Assembly: GCA_054600435.1 (NCBI GenBank)
Contig: BAAIJX010000012.1
Span: 434,001 to 498,000 of the forward strand
Length of the DNA stretch: 64,000 bases
Origin: Neophaeotheca triangularis
Lineage: Eukaryota
Direction: 5' to 3'
Part shown: positions 24,928 through 37,678 of the stretch, in pieces
Layout: every line of letters starts with the position of its first letter
How positions within the stretch are numbered: position 1 is the first letter of the stretch
Notes under the pieces: generated by a model
What the model saw: only the letters and a program-made list of their open reading frames with translations
The model's database searches: none
What the model was told of the DNA's origin: nothing
Position numbers and translations under genes: made by a program

Positions 24928-25840
24928 TCAAGCCAAGCCAAACACAGCCACCGCACCCGCCAATGCCATCAGACCCACAGCACCAACAGAGGCAAAAGGC
25001 TTCACCGCAGCCGCAGCGCCCTCTTCACCCTCCTCCTCCCCTTCTTCCTGCTGCTGCTCCTCCTCCTCCTCCTCAGAAGTGGGTGTAGCCTCAGCCCCGC
25101 CCTCAGTAGTCTCCGTCCCCGTCCCCGTCGCCGTCGTCGTAGCCGTGCTCGTGCTCGTAGCCGTAGCCGTAGCCGTCGCGGTCACGGACTCAGTCTACAA
25201 GCCAGCCATTAGCGTCAAACCGAACACAAGCCCCCACGAACCTCTTCCGTGGGCCCTTGGTAAAGGAAACAGTAAACAAACTCACCTGTCCCTCGGTAAC
25301 AGTAACCGTAACACCACCGGGCTGGACTTGCAAAAACGTCTGCCCTAGCGAATCCGTCGTCGTGAGCGTGCTCATGGCCGGCCTCGTCGTGCCCTCGCCG
25401 CTGGCGCCCGGACCGGGAACGGGGACGATTTCCTCGTCGGCGGGTGTGGTGGTCTCGGGGTCAGCGGGTCCCGCGGAGCTCGTGGTCACGACGAGGGTCG
25501 TGGTGCTCTCCGGATCCGCGGGGATAGTGAGAGTGGTGGTTTCGGGCTCGAGGGTTACAATGGGCACGACAACGGAGGGCTCGGAGTCTGAGTCTTCGGC
25601 TGTGGGTGGGGGTTGGGCTTGGTCGGGGGGCGAGGTTGCTGTGGTTGTAACGGTGGTCGTTGGGGTGGCGGGTTCTGCGTCGGCGGGCTGTTGGGTCTGG
25701 GTTTGGGTTTCGACGTTGGTTGTTGGGGTTATTGTTGTCGTTTCGACCGTTGAGGTTTCGACTTCCGGTTGGTTTTGGTCTTGAGGAAGGGCGGAGAGGA
25801 GGGTTGGGAGGACTGCTAGGAAGAGGGTGGAGAGCTTCAT
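24928..25840 (-). CDS. Secreted Thr/Pro/Glu-rich, probably GPI-anchored cell-wall protein; intron 25285-25195
   Basis: Signal peptide MKLSTLFLAVLPTLLSA; Thr-rich body; CAG|GTGAGT...GCTAAT...TAG intron; C-terminal GAAAA...hydrophobic tail VGAVGLMALAGAVAVFGLA. Confidence 0.85.
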
Positions 25841-27029
25841 GTTGACTCGTGATTCGAGGATTGGTGATGATCAAGCAGGTGTTAGAAGTGATGATGTGGA
25901 GTGATGAAGGTGGATGGAGGTAAGTAGGTTGGGTGGTATGTGAAGGTGTTTGGCGGAGCGAGAAGGTCAAGAGAGTATCCAGGTAAGTAGGCAGCAACAC
26001 TCTCGCCACGTAAGGTAATGTCTGCTCAGTCAATACCGAAGGCCTACTCAGCGAAGCAAACGTGAGAATTCTTCTCTGAAAGCAGTGACAAGACAGCGCG
26101 AGTGAAGAGAGGGGGGAAGAAAAAAGAAGCAACCTGCCACATGGGAAAGTCGCAAAGTGAAGTAAACTCCCTCCTCGGCGGCTGGCCACTCTCCCTCTCA
26201 CCAACAACAACAACAACATCCCGTCATCTCCCACCCGTCCCACACGTACCACCTTCTCTGCCTTGACTTGCTTGTGTTTTGCCCGCCGTCCTACCAATCA
26301 CGACAGTCCGAAGGAAGTTGCCTGGACGTCACGAGCAGGAAGCGTTCCAAGTGCTTTCAGGTTTGCTGCCCATTTCGCTTACCAGTCACTACATACAGCG
26401 CGAGATGCGCGCAGCTTGCAATTTAGTGGTATATAGCTGGAGTACTAGTAGGTACCTGTTTGCAAGCGCGGTATGGCCCGTATGGACAGATGAAAGGCGG
26501 GATCGAACGTGAACGCGCTTCGTTGGATGTCGGTGCTAGTGGAGATGCATCAAATGGGGCACCATGTTGCAAGCCGTGGCAAGATTTAATGTATATAATG
26601 TATGCCCCGTCTTCGTGTAATCAAAAGGATTGCGAAAACTGGGAAGAGAGCAGGAGCTGAAGTTGGTCGTTTCGTCTAGACTTTCCAACATTTGCAAAGC
26701 GAAGCGCAGTGGGCTCGTGCGCTTGTGCGGATGCGATGCTGTTATGCGTTGTTCGTGTAGCGAGATTGGGCTGGGTTGCACGTCGGCGCTTCGGTTTGTT
26801 TCAGGAGGTATACATTTTCTTCTTGACTATGTTTGCACAGGCCTGCTCTTATCCACTACTTGTACAGCGCGTGCAAAGGACTCGATTCGATATCGCAGTC
26901 AGTGATGATGTGCCTAGAAGCCGTCCTCCCATGTGAAGCTTCCCGGTCTTTGACCGACCGCCCTTGCTCCCGATTCCTAATAACACCGGCGTAATGAGAG
27001 TCAAGCTGCGCATCGTCTCCCTCAAATCT

Positions 27030-28164
27030 CTAAGCAGCGGCTGCAGAGGACTTGGGCGATCCCGGAGCGCGCCCGTGGAGCGCCTGGTACTCGGTGCGGT
27101 ACCTCTCCTTCTCCTCGGCGGCCAGGTCGTTGTATTTCTACAGAAACCACAGTCAGCAAATCGTAATTGTCGGAGCTATGCGGTTCGTGCACAAACATAC
27201 CTTCTTCTCGCCCTCGCTCAACGCTTTCCATTCATTCGAGACCAGCTTCAGGTTTTCGTTTGGCGTTATGGAGGTGAAATCGGCGCTGTGCAGCCTCTCG
27301 GTCATAAAAAGCGTGTAAGCCGCGGACGGTCTTTTGACGTGACGGTCGTCTCTAATCTGCGGGTACTTGGGAGGTCGTCTCTTTGAGTCCGGGCCCGTGT
27401 TCTCTTGCAGCAGACGGTTGAGACGCATTCTAGCGCGGTTCGCCGCCTCAATCTCATCCACACTGCGGCTCTCGACCCATTGCTTGTACTCGGATGAGAT
27501 CTTTTCGCTCTCGGTGTGTGCGAGATGGTTGTAATGCTTTCACATTGTTAGTTCCTAGTATAGACCCGACATCGATTTGGATACTCACTTCTCGCTCAGC
27601 CGGTGTGAGGGCTCTGTAGGCCTCACCGAGGCCCTTTACGTGGTCTCGGACACGCGCCTGCATCTCTGGACCAGCCCCTCCCAATCCCGCGTTTCTCATG
27701 TTTTCCGAAAAGAAAATCATCCAGGCGCTCTTGGTTTTGGCCTCCCTGGGTGGCTTCAGGGCAACCGCCTTCAAGGCTTTGATCTCATCCTTTTGAGTCT
27801 TTGCCTTTTTGGCAGCGACTTGCTGCTCTGTCAATTTCTTTGGTGCCTTTTTCTTTGGCTTGGCCACGGCATTTTTCTTCTTCTTCGCGGCGGAAGCCTT
27901 CTTCTCTTTCACCTGCTTCACCGCCGCAGAGTCGCCGTCTTTGGGGGTCTTGGATGCCGTCTTTTTTACACTGCGTTTGATCGTCTTGCTGGGTTCTCCC
28001 ACAGCTGTGCGCGGTCGTCCCGGAGTTGCATAAAGTCGGCGGGAAGATGTGAAGAGCGATCGAGCGCAGACATCACGCTGCCATTGGAAACGGACCGTGT
28101 GAGTGAGACGCGCCGGTAGGGGGAGGCGGAGCGCAGCCGCGACCTGCCGCCCAAACATTGCCAT
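27030..28164 (-). CDS. Twin HMG-box protein with mitochondrial presequence (Abf2/TFAM-like); introns 27588-27537 and 27200-27138
   Basis: Arg-rich N-terminus MAMFGRQVAAALRL...RRLYAT; box 1 KSAWMIFFSE...YRALTPAERE; box 2 VKRPSAAYTLFMTER...EWKALSEGEKK|KYNDLAAEEKERY. Confidence 0.82.
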
Positions 28165-28634
28165 TCGAGTAGTCTGATCAGGAGCCGAGTATCGTGGGAT
28201 TTGCGCAGTCAACCTCACGAGAAGCCCAAGTGCGTTGCGTCTGCTGTCAAAGTCGGATTGGTGTTTTGTGGGTTTTGTTGTTGTCGTTTCTCCAAGCTAC
28301 AGGAGCTCGAGCTGTGAGCTGAAGCTGCCGTCGCGTTGTGATGTGGCTGGTGAGGTGTGGCAGAGAGCACCGCACCTTACATTCATCGGGCGTTTTGTAC
28401 ATATCGGCCTCTGCCCCGCTAGCGTGAAACGAAGCGGGGCAAGCGGGAGCTTAATTCCAGAAGCCGTGCGGCGTACTTGCCTTGAACGTCACTTTGAACT
28501 TTTCGAGCTGCTGCCTCTCTCAAAACATCACCTACCTTACTCATCTCTCCCACCCGATACCTCTCCCTCCATCCTACCTACCTACACAGTACCTCCACAC
28601 ACCTTCACTGCGATTATTGAGCTAGCAGATCAAC

Positions 28635-31600
28635 ATGCCTCGCTCACCCAGTCGCCGTGACCGCGACCGCGACCGCGACCGCGACGAAGATCGCTACCAG
28701 CCGCGCCGTCGTGATGAGAGGTTCGAACGCGACCGCCGCCCACATGACCGCGACCGCGACCGTCGTGACCGTCACTACGAAAGCCGCCCCAACGACCGCT
28801 ACAATGCGCGCGAACGTTCTCCGCGCGGAGACTCCTACCGTCGTGATCGTCGCGACCGCACACGCTCAAGAGATAGGCACGACAACCGCGAGAAGCGCCG
28901 CGGGGACCGCGACGAGACAGAAGACCGTGACCAACGTGAGGTGAAGAAGCCGAGGCGTGACATTGCTGAGGAGCGCCCTCACCGCGACGAGAAGAAAAGC
29001 GAAGAGAAGCCCGAGAAGAATGTATGTGAACAGTGTACTCTTGACTACGAAATATACTGGTTCACTGACGATAATGTAGGGCGCCGCACCCCAAACCGAG
29101 GCCGATGTAAAGGCCGAAGCCGAAAGGAGGCGCAAGTACGCTGAGAACCTCGCTAGAATCAAGCAGAGGGTCAGCGAGGCCGAGGGAAAGCCGACTGCTT
29201 CAGTTACCATAGCCAAAGGTAATGGCAAAGAAGCTTCTGCCTCTGGCTCTGGCTCTTCGCCAAATCCACTAGCGGACACAAACGCAAAACCTTCGAGCAA
29301 TATTGACACTCTCGAAGCCAAATTTCAGAAGAAACCAAAGGTGCTAGGCGGCGACTTCAAGCCCACACCAGCGATGAAGAGCATGCCATCCCAGAACACC
29401 AACAACGCCCCCTCGCACCAGGCTGTGAACCCCAACGGCAAGTTTGCAGGCATTAAACTCAACAGGAGCAAGCCCACGAGCACCAAGCCTGGCCCTCCCG
29501 TACCGGCCAGGAAGGGACCTGCTGGGTTTGGTGAAGAGGAGGTTGTTGAGCGCAAGAAGTTCGTGCCTCTACCAGAGATGACTGCCGAGGACCAGATGGA
29601 CATCCAAGACGACGGAGACGACGAGAGTGATGTCATTCAGGACGATGATGAGGAGGCCGCTGGTCACTTGGCCGCTGCAGACAGGAGGGCTAGGGCGGCT
29701 ATGGCTGCTGTTCAAGAATCTGCGACACCTGCCAATGGAGTAGTCAGGGTGGGTGGTGAGAAGAAGGCGGCACAAGCGAATGGCAACGCAGACGAGGAAG
29801 AGGTGGATCCACTCGATGCATACATGGTCGGTATTGAAAGGGAAGTTCGCAACGCGCCGAAGCTCCCCGCTTCTGCAATGAGGCACGTTCCGAGGGTGTA
29901 CCACAACGATGACAACGAGGTCACGATCGATGCCGTTGGGGACCAGTTCGATGACATCGATTCTCATCGCAAGAAGGGCAGCAAAAAGAAGGACTTGCCT
30001 CCGGTCGACCACGCCAACATGGACTACGCTCCTTTCCGCAAGAACTTCTACACCGAATCCTCCGAACTGAGTGAGTTGACCGAAGATGAGGTGCAGCTCG
30101 CTCGCATGAACGAGGGCGTCAAGGTCAAGGGCAACAACCCACCGAAGCCGATCAACAAATGGTCTCAAGGTGGCTTCAGCACCCAAATTCTCGACATTCT
30201 GCGCGATCGAAAGTATGAGAAGCCCACCCCAATCCAGAGGGAAGCCCTTCCAGCGATTCTATCGGGTCGCGACATGGTCGGTGTTGCTCAAACGGGGTCA
30301 GGCAAGACCGTCGCCTTCATCTTGCCCATGTTCCGTCACGTCAAGGATCAGCCTCCTATTGAGAATGGAGATGGTCCTATCGCGGTCATTCTTGCTCCCA
30401 CCCGCGAGCTTGCATCGCAAATTCACAAGGAATGCAAGCCATACTTGACTGCATATTCTCTGCGTGCGGTTGCCGCGTACGGAGGCAGCGATCTTAAGAC
30501 CAACATTGCGGAGATGAAGCGTGGTACGGAGATTGTGGTTGCGACGCCGGGCCGCTTCATTGAGCTACTCACGGCGAACAACGGCCGAGTCACCAACCTC
30601 CATCGCGTCACCTATCTCGTTCTCGATGAGGCTGACCGCATGTTCGACATGGGTTTCGAGCCGCAAATCATGAAGATCATGAACAACATCCGCCCCAACC
30701 GCCAGACCGTCTTGTTCTCCGCCACGCTTCCGATGAGCATTCTCGGTTTAGCGAAGAAGAAATTGACCGACGCCTTGGAGGTTACAGTAGGGAGCCGCAG
30801 TGTTGTCGCTGCCGATATCACGCAAAGCATCGAGGTTCGCGAGGAAGACACGCGCTTTGCCCGTCTTCTTCAGATTCTCGGCGAAACGTACCACGATGAG
30901 AGCGTGAAGGACCGTACGCTAGTGTTTGTGGAACGCCAAGAGGCTGCCGATGCACTCTTTGGCGACCTTCTGAAGCGTCAATACAGTGCCGTCACTATTC
31001 ACGGAGGTCGTGAACAGATCGACAGAGAGGACTCGATTAGAGATTTCAAGAACGGCAAGGTCTCCATCATGATTGCTACGTCGGTCGCCGCCCGTGGTCT
31101 GGACGTCCAAGAGCTTAAGCTCGTCATCAACTACGACCCGCCAAATCATCTCGAGGACTACGTCCACCGTGTTGGTCGTACTGGTCGCGCGGGCAACAAA
31201 GGCAACGCCATCACTTTCGTTTCGGAAAATCAGTGCAAGACTGCTCCCTTCCTTATCAAGGCTCTTAAGGACAGCAAGCACGACATCCCGGAGCCTCTCA
31301 AGAAGCTCAACGAGTTGTTCGAGGAGAAGGTCAAAGAGGGCAAGGAGCGCAAGCTTAACAATAGCAGGCAAGGATTCGCTGGCCGGGGTACTGAGCGTTT
31401 TGCAGCGCAGCGTGAGCAGGAGCGTGCGCGCGAAGGCAAGGCCTTTGACAATGACGGGGAGGCAGTGGAGGAGGACGAGGGCAAGGACAAGGACAAGAAG
31501 CCGGAGAGCAAGCACCAGGAAGCAGTAGACCAGGCAATGGCCAAGGCCATGGGTGGTAGTAATGTTACTAAGGCAGGCGAAGGAGAGGCTCAAGCTAACA

Positions 31601-32199
31601 GCGATGACGATCCAGCTAAGCGACAGGGGCCCGTTGAGATTGCTGCCAACTTGCAGAACAAACTCAACGACGCCCTGATCGTCGAGAAGCGCGCCACCGA
31701 GGCGGAGCCAGATGTCAGCCAAATGACTGGGCTTGAGAGAGCTATGCGGGCCAGGCAGAAGGCCAACCAACAGCTCGGGGCTACAGGTAGTGTATCCCCT
31801 CCGCCAGACGATGTTCTCGGTACTAACAGTATTGAAGCGGCCGCCCGCCCTGGCGCTAGCATCGACAACCGCGGTCCGGATGCTGGCGAATACCACGCAC
31901 GCCTGGAAATCAACGACTTCCCGCAAAAGGCGCGCTGGTCCGTCACGAACCGCAGCAACGTCGGCCGCATTCTCGAATCCACCGGCGTCTCTATCACCAA
32001 CAAAGGAACCTACTTCGCCCCCGGCGTTGAGCCTGGCGATGGCGATGCCAAACTCTACATTCTTGTTGAGGGCGACACGGAGATGGCCGTCGAGAACGCC
32101 ATGCGCCAGCTTACGGAGAAGCTGCGTGAGGGCTACATCGCAGCCATGGAAGATGACAGCAGCAAGGCCAGTGCGCCCGGTCGCTACAGCGTGGTCTAG
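28635..32199 (+). CDS. PRP5: Pre-mRNA-processing DEAD-box helicase Prp5 (DDX46); intron 29022-29079 and probable in-frame intron 31787-31837
   Basis: RD/RS-rich N-terminus; DPLDAYM; AQTGSGKT, PTRELA, LDEADRMFDMGFEPQ, SAT, HRVGRTGRAG; C-terminal LEINDFPQKARW...KLYILVEG typical of Prp5. Confidence 0.95.
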
Positions 32200-33312
32200 A
32201 CTTGCAGCACGCTCGTCTTCGCTGCAATGTCGCGCGGCAACAGTTACGCTCTGCACACCCTTCCACCACTCGACTCGCCTTCACCCTTTTCCAACTACTC
32301 GCGCGATACCCAAATCTTGCACCCCCTGCCCTTCACGATCACAACTACCCTCATGATACGAAAAGCACCAAAAACAAACCAACCCCAGCTCAACACGACC
32401 TCGACCTGAAACAACACCAACCCGAAACTCGAAGCACAAACCGCACCACACCCGACGGCAGAATCTCAAACTGTATCCGACCTACCCCACACCTCTAAGT
32501 ACAGACTGCTGGACTGGCTCCAGCAGCATGTTCTCATCGAGCACGGGGTTACGGAAGGAAGGTGGTGGGAGTTTGCCGCCGTCTCGTGCAAGGACGGCTT
32601 GACGCTGCTTGTTTAGCGGTAGGAGATGGAAGCAGGACGCGGAAGGAAGTGCTAGGGGATCTTTTAACAGAGGAGCGAAAAGGCTATTGTGGTCTTGTTG
32701 TTTTAGCGGACTCCGACTGTGTGCTTGACCATCGATTTCTTCGGAGGTTGATGGGAACGTGTATGTTAGGTAGTTCGTCGTTATCAACAACCTATTTGGC
32801 TGAAGTTTCCGTGTCTACATTCAGGTTCCCGTCCCTCTTAAATCAGGGGCAGCAGGTGATGTCACAGACTTTATTTCCAGGTGACTCCACATGAGCTCCA
32901 GCAGCTCCAGGACCGGCTGTCTGTCTTGTCTCTCCAAACCTTCGGACAAAAGAGCCGCCGGGGACGCGGACAAGTAGGAGGAGTAGAGCGCCTAGTACTA
33001 ACGTTAAGTTGTTATTATTACTTGGTACTGGTAGAGCATGCGGTAGTACTACTATGTAGTGGTTGATACCTGAGACCTTGACCACGCCAATATTCCCCGA
33101 GTTCCACAATTCTTACTTAGTACATAGCCGTAGTAGTGTGAAGACAACTTGTTCGCTTCTTGCTAATAGAAGACACTACTACTCGATAATCCACTCTCCT
33201 ACTCAATCACCACTCGCTTCCTTTCCTTCCCTTCCTTTCCCTTCCTTTCCCTTCACCTCTCTTACTTATACGCAACCCAAAAACAGTTAAAACCCCCCCA
33301 CCAACCGCAACC

Positions 33313-35635
33313 ATGAGCGTCAAAGCAGCTGGCAAGCCCGCCTGGTGGAAGGAAGCCGTTGTCTACCAAGTACGCCCGCATCTTCACAATAGCTAGCAAT
33401 CTTATCATTGCTCTGCTCTGCTTCACGGGTCGAGGAATTGTTCATCGTGTTCATGGCATACTTACTCTCGCCACCAGGTCTGGCCGGCTTCGTTCAAGAG
33501 CACCGGGTCCGGCAATACCAAAGGCTGGGGCGACATCAAAGGCATCATCTCCAAATTGGACTATATCAAGCATCTCGGTGGTAAGATTGTCTCTAGTCTT
33601 GGGTTTCGTTGGTGGAGGTGGGAGTGAGACTGATTTTTTCGCTTGTAGCGGATATTGTTTGGACGAGCCCGATTTTCAAGTCGCCGCAGATTGATATGGG
33701 GTATGATACTGTAAGTTGTTGGTCTGAGGGATGGAAAGGGTGTTTATGGTGCGGATTATTAGAGGCTGATTTTTGTGGTACAGGCGGACTACAAGGACAT
33801 CGACCCCTGCTACGGCACGTTGCAGGATGTGGATGACATGATTGCTGAGCTCAAGAAGCGAGACATGAAGTGGATGGCTGACCTGGTTGTCAATCACACG
33901 TCTGACCAGGTATGGTGTACTTGTTAAACCCCGACTGCAACCAACGTCCTAACGTCTTTGTCTACCAGCACGAATGGTTCAAAGCCTCGCGTTCCTCCAA
34001 AGACAACCCCAAACGCTCCTGGTACATCTGGCAGCCGGCCAAGTACGACGCAGACGGCAACCGCCAACCCCCCAACAATTGGTCCATGACGCTGGGCGAA
34101 GCGCACTCGGCCTGGACCTGGGACGAAGCGACGCAGGAATACTTCCTTTCGCTCTTCACCCCCGAGCAGCCGGACCTCAACTGGGAGAACCCTGACGTCC
34201 GCGCCGCCGTCCACGACATTTTGCGCTTCTGGCTCGATCGCGGCGCTTGCGGGTTCCGCATGGATGTCATCAACCTCATCTCCAAGACCCCTGGCTTTCC
34301 CGATGCGCCTGTCGTTGCGCCCGATCACAAATATCAGCCCGGATTCAAGTGGTATGCTAATGGTCCGAGGTTGCATGAGTACTTGCGCGAGATTCATGAT
34401 AAGGTGTTGAGTAAGTATGATACCATTACTGTGGGCGAGATGCCTTTTGTCAGTGATGAGAACGAGATTTTGAAGGTTGTCGGGGCTGAGGCTGGGGAGT
34501 TGAGGATGATTGTGAGTATTGCATCCTGTCTTGCGGGTGGGAATGAAGTGTCTTTGCTAACTTCCTACGGCAGTTCATTTTTGACCTCGTCAGCGTGGAT
34601 GATGTCCCGGGCTCTTACCGTTTCACGCTGCGTGATTTCGATGCCAGAGAGATCAAGCAGATCACCAAGCGCTGGCAAAAGATCATGATCGACAGAGATG
34701 GCTGGAACAGCTTGTTCATTGAGAACCACGACAACCCCCGAGTAAGCCAACCCTCACCGTCCGCAAAATTATACCCACCCAATCTAACCCTACCCCTAGA
34801 GTGTCTCCCGCTACACCGATGACTCCGACTCCAACCGCGCCCTCGGCGCCAAACTGCTCTCAATGATGCAAACAACCCTCTCAGGCACAGTCTACGTGTA
34901 CCAAGGCGAAGAACTCGGCATGCGCAACGTGCCGCCCTCCTGGGACCCATCCGAGTACAAAGACGTTGAAGCCATCAACTACTGGAACAAGATGAACGCC
35001 ATGTACCCGGATAACCCTTCGCAAATCAGCCACGCCAAACACGTCCTACAGCGCAAAGCCCGTGACAACGCTCGCACGCCCGTGCAATGGAGCGGCGAAG
35101 CCAACGCGGGCTTCTGCGACGCCGACGTCGAGCCTTGGATGCGCGTCAACGACGATTACAAGGACGTCAACGCGGAAGCGCAGAGGAAATTCGACGAGCC
35201 GGACCAACTGTCGGTTCTGCAGTTTTGGAAGCGTGGTCTCGCGAACCGCAAGGAGCACAAGGACGTCTTTGTCTATGGCGATTTCTTGATGTTGGATGAG
35301 GAGCATGACAAGGTTATGGCGTACAAGCGTTTCAGTGACAAGGAGGCTTTTGTCACTGTTTTGAACTTTTCGGGCGAGCAGGTTGAGTGGGCTTTGCCGC
35401 AGGAGGCAAAGATCAAGGCTTGGGTTGCGGGCAATTACTCGAAGAGTAAGCCGGAGAAGGCTACGAGTGGGAAAGTTGTGCTTAGGCCTTGGGAGGCGCT
35501 GCTTGGTGAGTTGCTTTCGCACTGTATCCTTAAACTCTCGAACTCCCTTGCTTGCTCGATGCCGCGATACTTGCTGTCTTGGAATTTTACCATGGAGTTT
35601 TGCTAATGCTTGTTACAGCTTCCGCCGACGTTTGA
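33313..35635 (+). CDS. GH13 alpha-glucosidase (maltase / oligo-1,6-glucosidase), multi-exon
   Basis: WWKEAVVYQ|VWPASF, DLVVNHTSDQ|HEWF, PPNNW, QPDLNWENP, GFRMDVIN (nucleophile), TVGE (acid/base), IENHDNPR, YQGEELGM, ARDNARTPVQW; about 7 GT-AG introns. Confidence 0.93.
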
Positions 35636-36019
35636 GTCACGACCGATGGTTGATTGCTTTTTGCGTCAACAAAACATAGACTGAATAAATGAATGATAAT
35701 GGTGACGCGGAACGACGCTGTTTTCTCTTGCGTATCGTCCTCGCTGTTTCTGATCTGGCATATCGAGAGAATCGCTGGAGCAGACGTTATTGCTAAGTAT
35801 ACATCATCAATGGCTTGGTATAGTAACGAATGGTTAGAGTAGGCACTGAGGAGGCCCTCTTAAGGGAGTATATCTTTCGCTCTCTTTCGCCTCCCTCTCT
35901 CTTTCATTTAACACACACTCTCATCCACAACTATCCTCCCATCTAACCACATCAACTCTCAAATTCTCACAAAACTACCAACCAACCACTAACCACTCCA
36001 ACCACTTCTCCCCTCAACC

Positions 36020-36814
36020 ATGTCGGGGTAAACCTCCCATACCCCCTCAAAACCCCCCGCTCCAACACAGCTAACCATCCACCCCAGCACAACCCCCACC
36101 ACCACCTTCAGCGACTCCCAACCCCCGAAACCGCCTCGACCCCGCCCTGCCCCCGAACCAAACGGCCACCCCCCACCCCCTTACCCAGACAGCGACGCCG
36201 ACACCCCCAACCCCTCGCGTCCAGAAATCCCCCCTCCGCCCCGCCCACGCAGCCCCTCACCCATCACCAACGGCACGGCACCAGACCCTTGTGCCGATGT
36301 CAAAGACGACACGGCACGGACTTGCGCTCGCCCAAACTACTACGAAAACGAAACCGTGGTCGAGGTCCCCGAACCTGAGTCTTCCGTCCCCGGCAATCCT
36401 AACCCTGATAGGTTTGCAGGCCCTGACCCCGATCAGCCGAAACCGAAACCCCGGCCGTTCGTGCCAGGGAACCCGGGACCTGATCGTGATGTCGATGGCG
36501 ATGAGCCCGCGCCCGAACCCTCCCGACCTTTCTTATCCGGCAATGCTAGACCTGATAGGTCTGCAGGCCCTGACCCCGATCAGCCGAAACCCAAACCCCG
36601 GCCGTTCGTGCCTGGGAACCCGGGACCGGATCGCGACGGCGGCGAGCCCAAGCCCGAACCCCGACCTTTCGTCCCGGGAGGTCCTGATGTGCCCGACAGA
36701 GATAGTCTCGAGAGTGTCTTAGGCCCCAAGCCGCCTTATGGCCCTCCCAGACCTCCTAGGCCTGGGCCGCAGCAGCCGAGGCCGGTGCCGCCGTGGTATG
36801 ACTGCTTGCACTGA
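36020..36814 (+). CDS. Pro-rich tandem-repeat protein of unknown function; intron 36028-36087
   Basis: CAACC ATG context; ATGTCGGG|GTAAAC...GCTAAC...CAG splices into the frame of ORF 36356-36814; recurring RPFVPGNPGPDR units. Confidence 0.7.
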
Positions 36815-37678
36815 GGCTGGGGCTAGAATTTGGGGAGTTCAGTGGGATACTTGGAAACGGGGGGGAGGTGATATGGGAAGGGGGAGGGTTGGGAGCTAGC
36901 GGGTTTGGAGGGTGGTGGGGTTTCGTGCTGGGTTGTGTGATCTTCTTAGCTGGGTTTTGGGTTTAGCTGCTATGCTTTTTGGGCTGAGCTGGGGTGGTTT
37001 GCGTGCTTGGATCCCTGTGCTTTCTACTTTGGTTGGAGCTTAGCTCCGCAGTCAGGTTCATGGTCACGACTTAAGGTGGATTTCTTTTTCTTGTATTTCT
37101 TATGAATTGGAGTTTTGTCTCATTCTGCGTTTCCAGGTTTCGAGGTACCTCCATTTGTGTTATTCATTGTTGAGAAGTCAGACTTGTGCGGCAGTGCCAC
37201 GCCCTTGAAAGACCCTTTTTCCCTCAAAAAACTACAAGCGTACTGTCGCCTACGATGCTGCTTGTTACCTATCTACTTCACTCTTAGTGTGGCTACCGCA
37301 TGCGGTCCTCCCGGGATTTCTGCTGTCAGCTTGTGGCTGCGCTAGGCGCGTTCGTAGCATACTCTCCCCCTGTCGCTCAGTCGGAACGAAACGAGATTGT
37401 AGCTTTATTCTACGCGTGCGAAAATAGGTATGGCGGCGACCTGAATGGGGGGCAATGAGCCGGTAGGGACGAAGATGTTGGTCGTCATCGACGGTCAACT
37501 AGAAAGACGAGAAAGAGGGGATGAAGTCGTTTGTCGTCGAAAAAGTCGGTATTCACTGGGTGGACAAATAAGCCTGGGTATACTCATACAGACCAATCTC
37601 GGTGTCCTCACCTTGCCCCCTTCATCCCAAATGCCACGACCAAGCATCCCTCACCCTCACGTCGCTTCCCTCTCAATT

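Noticed and set aside
28660..28920. (GACCGC)n repeats
   Set aside because: They simply encode the RD-rich N-terminus of Prp5.
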